Shown: positions 60,456-64,000 of the stretch, piece by piece
Layout: every line of letters starts with the position of its first letter
Position numbering within the stretch: position 1 is the stretch's first letter
Source of the DNA: Mytilus californianus
Taxonomy: Eukaryota
Reading direction: 5' to 3'
NCBI RefSeq assembly: GCF_021869535.1
Contig: NW_026262712.1
Location: 76,198,001-76,262,000 of the forward strand
DNA: 64,000 nt
Made by a program: the position numbers and the translations under genes
Notes under the pieces: generated by a model
Seen by the model: only the letters and a program-made list of their open reading frames with translations
The model's database searches: none
Told to the model about the DNA's origin: nothing

Positions 60456-61715
60456 TCAATTTTGTCTGAGAGTATAAAGCTGAGGCATTTGCAACCCTAC
60501 TTTTAGTTCAGTTCAAGATTTATTAACAGGAAATTTACAATTACAAACTTTCATTATATAAAGTTGATATTGACACTCTATGGTACAGGCTTTAAGTCAC
60601 TCTTATATGACATACACTGTTAACCTGCATATGAATGTTCAGAGATTATTATGTAAGATATTGTGAAATTGAAAATCCCGCGAAAAGTTGAAAACAAAAG
60701 TGGTTACAACATGCCAGCGCAGGTGTATAAAGAATAAGCAACAACCGATAGATGTAAACAAAAATAAAGGATGAGGAGGGGGTGTATTTCGACTGTCAAT
60801 GAAAAATGAGGTTATATTGAATAGAGACAAAATTTTGACTTACAACAGGCCATCTACCGACTTCAGGGATGACCATATTGTATACCTCAGTCAGCACATG
60901 AGGATTGTGAAGAATGTACAAACTAAAAATAACGATCTGGAATGATATTGGGAGCATCTAGTGGTTGGCATATCTTGCTTAATAATTAAGTTTAAAATAC
61001 GTCACATCCGATTAAAAAATTGTAATTACTAGTATGCCACTCACCTTGTATTTATACATATCGCACAGCAAAACGGATGTAACTCTTTAGAAAAGTTTCT
61101 GTGTCAGTCAGTAATCGTGCTCTCACAAAGAAGTCATAATTTAATTTATGCAAGCCATTTATTTCAGAATCAACTCTGGAACCTTAACAATATTGAATAT
61201 TTGACGCAGGTACGAGACCACTAAGGAAGGGAAATTCACTATTAGGAAATTGGAATCAATTCAAAAATAAAAACTGACTTTGATGTGTTTGTAGATGACG
61301 AGCTTAATATTTTGTAATTTTGTATAACACTACTATTTAAAGACCGTTTATATCGTGAGCTAAGAATTAAAGACTGGGCTTATTTCTTAAAAGTTTCTTA
61401 AGCTGCATTATATCTCAGCTTTCGGTATACACTTCAGACACTATATAAATAGTGTGCCACTATTAATCCATCATTCTGTCTCTGAGAAGGTCCTTCAAGG
61501 GCCGAAATCGTGTATACCGTATGAAACCAATCGCTTCGCATAGCATTGCAATTACACTTGATTAAATAAGCTCCAAAGTAATGTGCCCGGTTTGTTCGTA
61601 CTAGAAAATTGACAAATAAAAATACATCAAAGATAGAGGTACATGTGACTCGAAACACTTGTCATTGACATTAGTTCACCATTCAAATAAATCTGTTTTA
61701 TTTTTTGAAAAGAAG

Positions 61716-61921
61716 TTAACTGTTTGCGCTGCATCCCTTACTCTGAATATGGTTCCAGTAACCCAATGTATTAGTATGTTTGCACCCAGCTGGTCCTCCA
61801 TTGTGCATCCGTGCATAACTCTCACAGTTATGTTGGCATCCATAATGATTGATGTACCTGGACATATAGTGTTGGACACACTGAGAAGCACAATGTTTAT
61901 CTTTGGAGCATGCTTCTAAAC
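61716..61921 (-). CDS. ilys: Invertebrate (i-type) lysozyme / destabilase family, last coding exon; upstream exons not found in window
   Basis: ttattccaaacag|GT-TTA...; translation LEACSKDKHCASQCVQHYMSRYINHYGCQHNCESYARMHNGGPAGCKHTNTLGYWNHIQSKGCSANS* contains the i-type HNGGP-x-GC motif and bivalve lysozyme Cys spacing. This frame is not in the ORF track. Confidence 0.93.
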
Positions 61922-61994
61922 CTGTTTGGAATAAAAAATCAGTTTAGTATACATGTTCGTCTTGGTATTCATGATAAACAACTTCTTGTTACGT

Positions 61995-62160
61995 TTTATA
62001 ACCCCACCTCGGCGGAGGGGTATTAAGTGTTACGCTTGTCCGTCCGTATGTCAGTACGTACGTCCCAAATTTAGTTTCCGTTTTCTAACTTGAGTTTGTC
62101 TCAACCAAATGTTATGACACTTATACAAAATGCATATTACCATAAAACACAGAGCAAGGG
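61995..62160. mobile_element. Helentron/HINE-like end fragment (similar at ~13707-13860)
   Basis: ttttata-accccacctcggcggagggg hairpin followed by a gtccgtccgt microsatellite. Confidence 0.5.
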
Positions 62161-62214
62161 CCATTTGTAGAAGAAACTAAAATGTAAAGAAGGTGTTATT
62201 CTGTAATTAGAAAA

Positions 62215-64000
62215 AAAAAATAGAGTGCACACGAGAAATGTCTCAACTGCTTTACTTATCATGATTAAATGTATGTTGAAAGTATGTAATATGAAGGTTT
62301 TACTACATTAAGTATCACACAAACTTATCATAATCAAAAATTAATGTAAATGAGGTGATGGTCAGATCCTGAAAGACAAACAGACATGTACACTTTACAA
62401 TCATACTGTACACGAAATATAGTTTGCCTATTAGCCTTTTGCTAATAATATCTGAGAAACAGACCTACTTACAAAAATTGAACATTGACCAAGGAACTAT
62501 GAAAATGAGGTCAAGGTCAGACAATATGTACAACATGCAAACATTCAATAAACCAAATGTAGTGACATATTGGTCATAGTATCTGAGAAACATATCAAGT
62601 TCAGATGAACCCTGCCAGACAGACATGTATACCTTACAATCATTCCATACACTTGACCTATTGCTTAAAATATATAATAAACAAACAAAACAATGAAACC
62701 CTTGACCAATGAACCATGAAAATGAGGTCAGGGTCAGATTAACCCTGACAGACAAACATGAACAACTTACAAAAATTCCATTGATGATCAAAGGGTATGT
62801 CAAAGAACGTCTATTTCTTTTTCTAAAATAAAAAGTTCATCGGAAGATTCCAAGACCTTGTTGATAAATATTCCGTATCAACTTCACAAATAATACATGA
62901 TGGTCTTGAAATGTAAATTATATCAAATGACGTTGTTTATCGTCTAAATTACGTGTTATAGTGTTCTTTTTTATTTGTCTTTGTATATTTTTAACCTTTA
63001 TTGTTTGGTCCATTTTGGTAATATCCTTTTGGCGTGGCTCGGTATTTATACATCCCGCCATTGTGTTATTATGTTATGGTAATTTTTTGTATTCTTGTCT
63101 TTCCTTTTTACTTATGTGCTTTGTCTATAGAGTGTCTTTATGCCTTTTGATCTTCTTTGTTGACATAGTTGTTTGTTTTATAGTCTTTAAGATTATAACA
63201 CAATGTTGACTGCTGTACCCCAATTCTTTTTTACATACAATGTCTGTTAGTTTTGCTCACACATTGTTGTCAATATAATGGAGTTTTATGTGACTGTAAT
63301 ACAAGTGAGAGGTTTAGCTAGCTATAAAACCAGGTTTAATCCACCATTTTCTACATAAGGAAATGCCTGTACCAAGTCAGGAATATGACAGTTGTTTTCA
63401 AATCGTTTGACGTGGTTGAGATTTAAATTTTACCATTTAATAAGGGACTTTCCGTTTTGAATTTTCATTGGAGTTCGCTATTTTTTTATTTTTTTTTCAT
63501 TTTACTTCATTTTCAATACACCAAATTTAGTTTATATATTGCTTACAATGTCTGATGAACGGACAAAGAAATGAAAACTTAACATTGACCAATGAACCAC
63601 GAAAATGAGGTCAAAATCAGATGAAACCTGCCAGACATACATGTACACTTTACAATCATTCCAAACATCAAATATAGTTGTCCTATTGCATATAATATCT
63701 GGGAAATAGACCAAACTTGAAAAAAAAAACGTAACATTGTCCATTCAACCATGAAAACGAGGTCAAGGTCAGATGAAACCTGCTATTCGGACATGTACTC
63801 CTTACACTTATTTTATACACCAAATATAGTTGACCTATTGGGTATAGAATCTGAGATGTGGACCTGACCATGAAAACTTAACCTAGGTCAATGATCCATG
63901 AAATGAAGTCGATGTCAGGTGAACTTTTTCTGACGAACATGTTGACCTTTCAAGGATCTCATATACCAAATATAGCTATTCTTTTACTCATAACAAGTGA
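62215..64000. repeat. Element with ~150-bp tandem core repeats (HINE/pearl-like), interrupted by the family C insertion
   Basis: catgaaaatgaggtcaaggtcagatgaa...gacatgtaca...caaatatagttg units at ~62345, 62502, 62719, 63602, 63754, 63901. Confidence 0.7.
62776..63480 (+). mobile_element. Penelope-like 3' fragment (family C) nested in a tandem-core element
   Basis: KFIGRFQDLVDKYSVSTSQII resembles the family B RT terminus; 3' part matches 43720-44210 and the reverse of 18030-18230. Confidence 0.65.

Noticed and set aside
61659-61919. Listed ORFs 61659..61919 (+) and 61676..61891 (-)
   Set aside because: Shadow frames of the lysozyme exon, which is in a different minus-strand frame.

Overview
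AT-rich, intron-containing eukaryotic DNA from a bivalve, most likely a Mytilus mussel. This assignment rests on the i-type lysozyme exon and on repeat families I recognise from memory, not on a database search. The ORF track largely misses the real genes, whose exons are short. Read by hand, the minus strand carries a head-to-tail array of five fatty-acid-binding-protein (FABP/iLBP) paralogs with the classic 4-exon layout (76/176/114/54 nt of CDS; intron phases 1,0,0). Copies C (45047-49180), B (33130-40036) and A (21465-28823) are complete 139-aa genes. Copy E (6859-14404) is a multiply disabled pseudogene. Copy D (1169-4832) lacks only its last exon, which probably lies left of the window. 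Upstream on the same strand is the last coding exon of an i-type lysozyme (61716-61921). Introns and spacers are filled with Penelope-like retroelement 3' fragments, hammerhead-ribozyme-bearing repeats, LINE remnants, MITEs with clear TIRs/TSDs, two foldback-type elements, Helentron-like elements and several mini/satellite arrays. Points of most interest: the FABP paralogs lack the canonical C-terminal Arg-x-Tyr carboxylate clamp; copy B needs a GC-AG intron; three near-intact minimal hammerhead ribozymes sit in the genes' sense orientation, one about 130 nt past the poly(A) signal of B; and there is a possible gene-conversion tract in exon 3. No CRISPR, rRNA or tRNA gene is supported.
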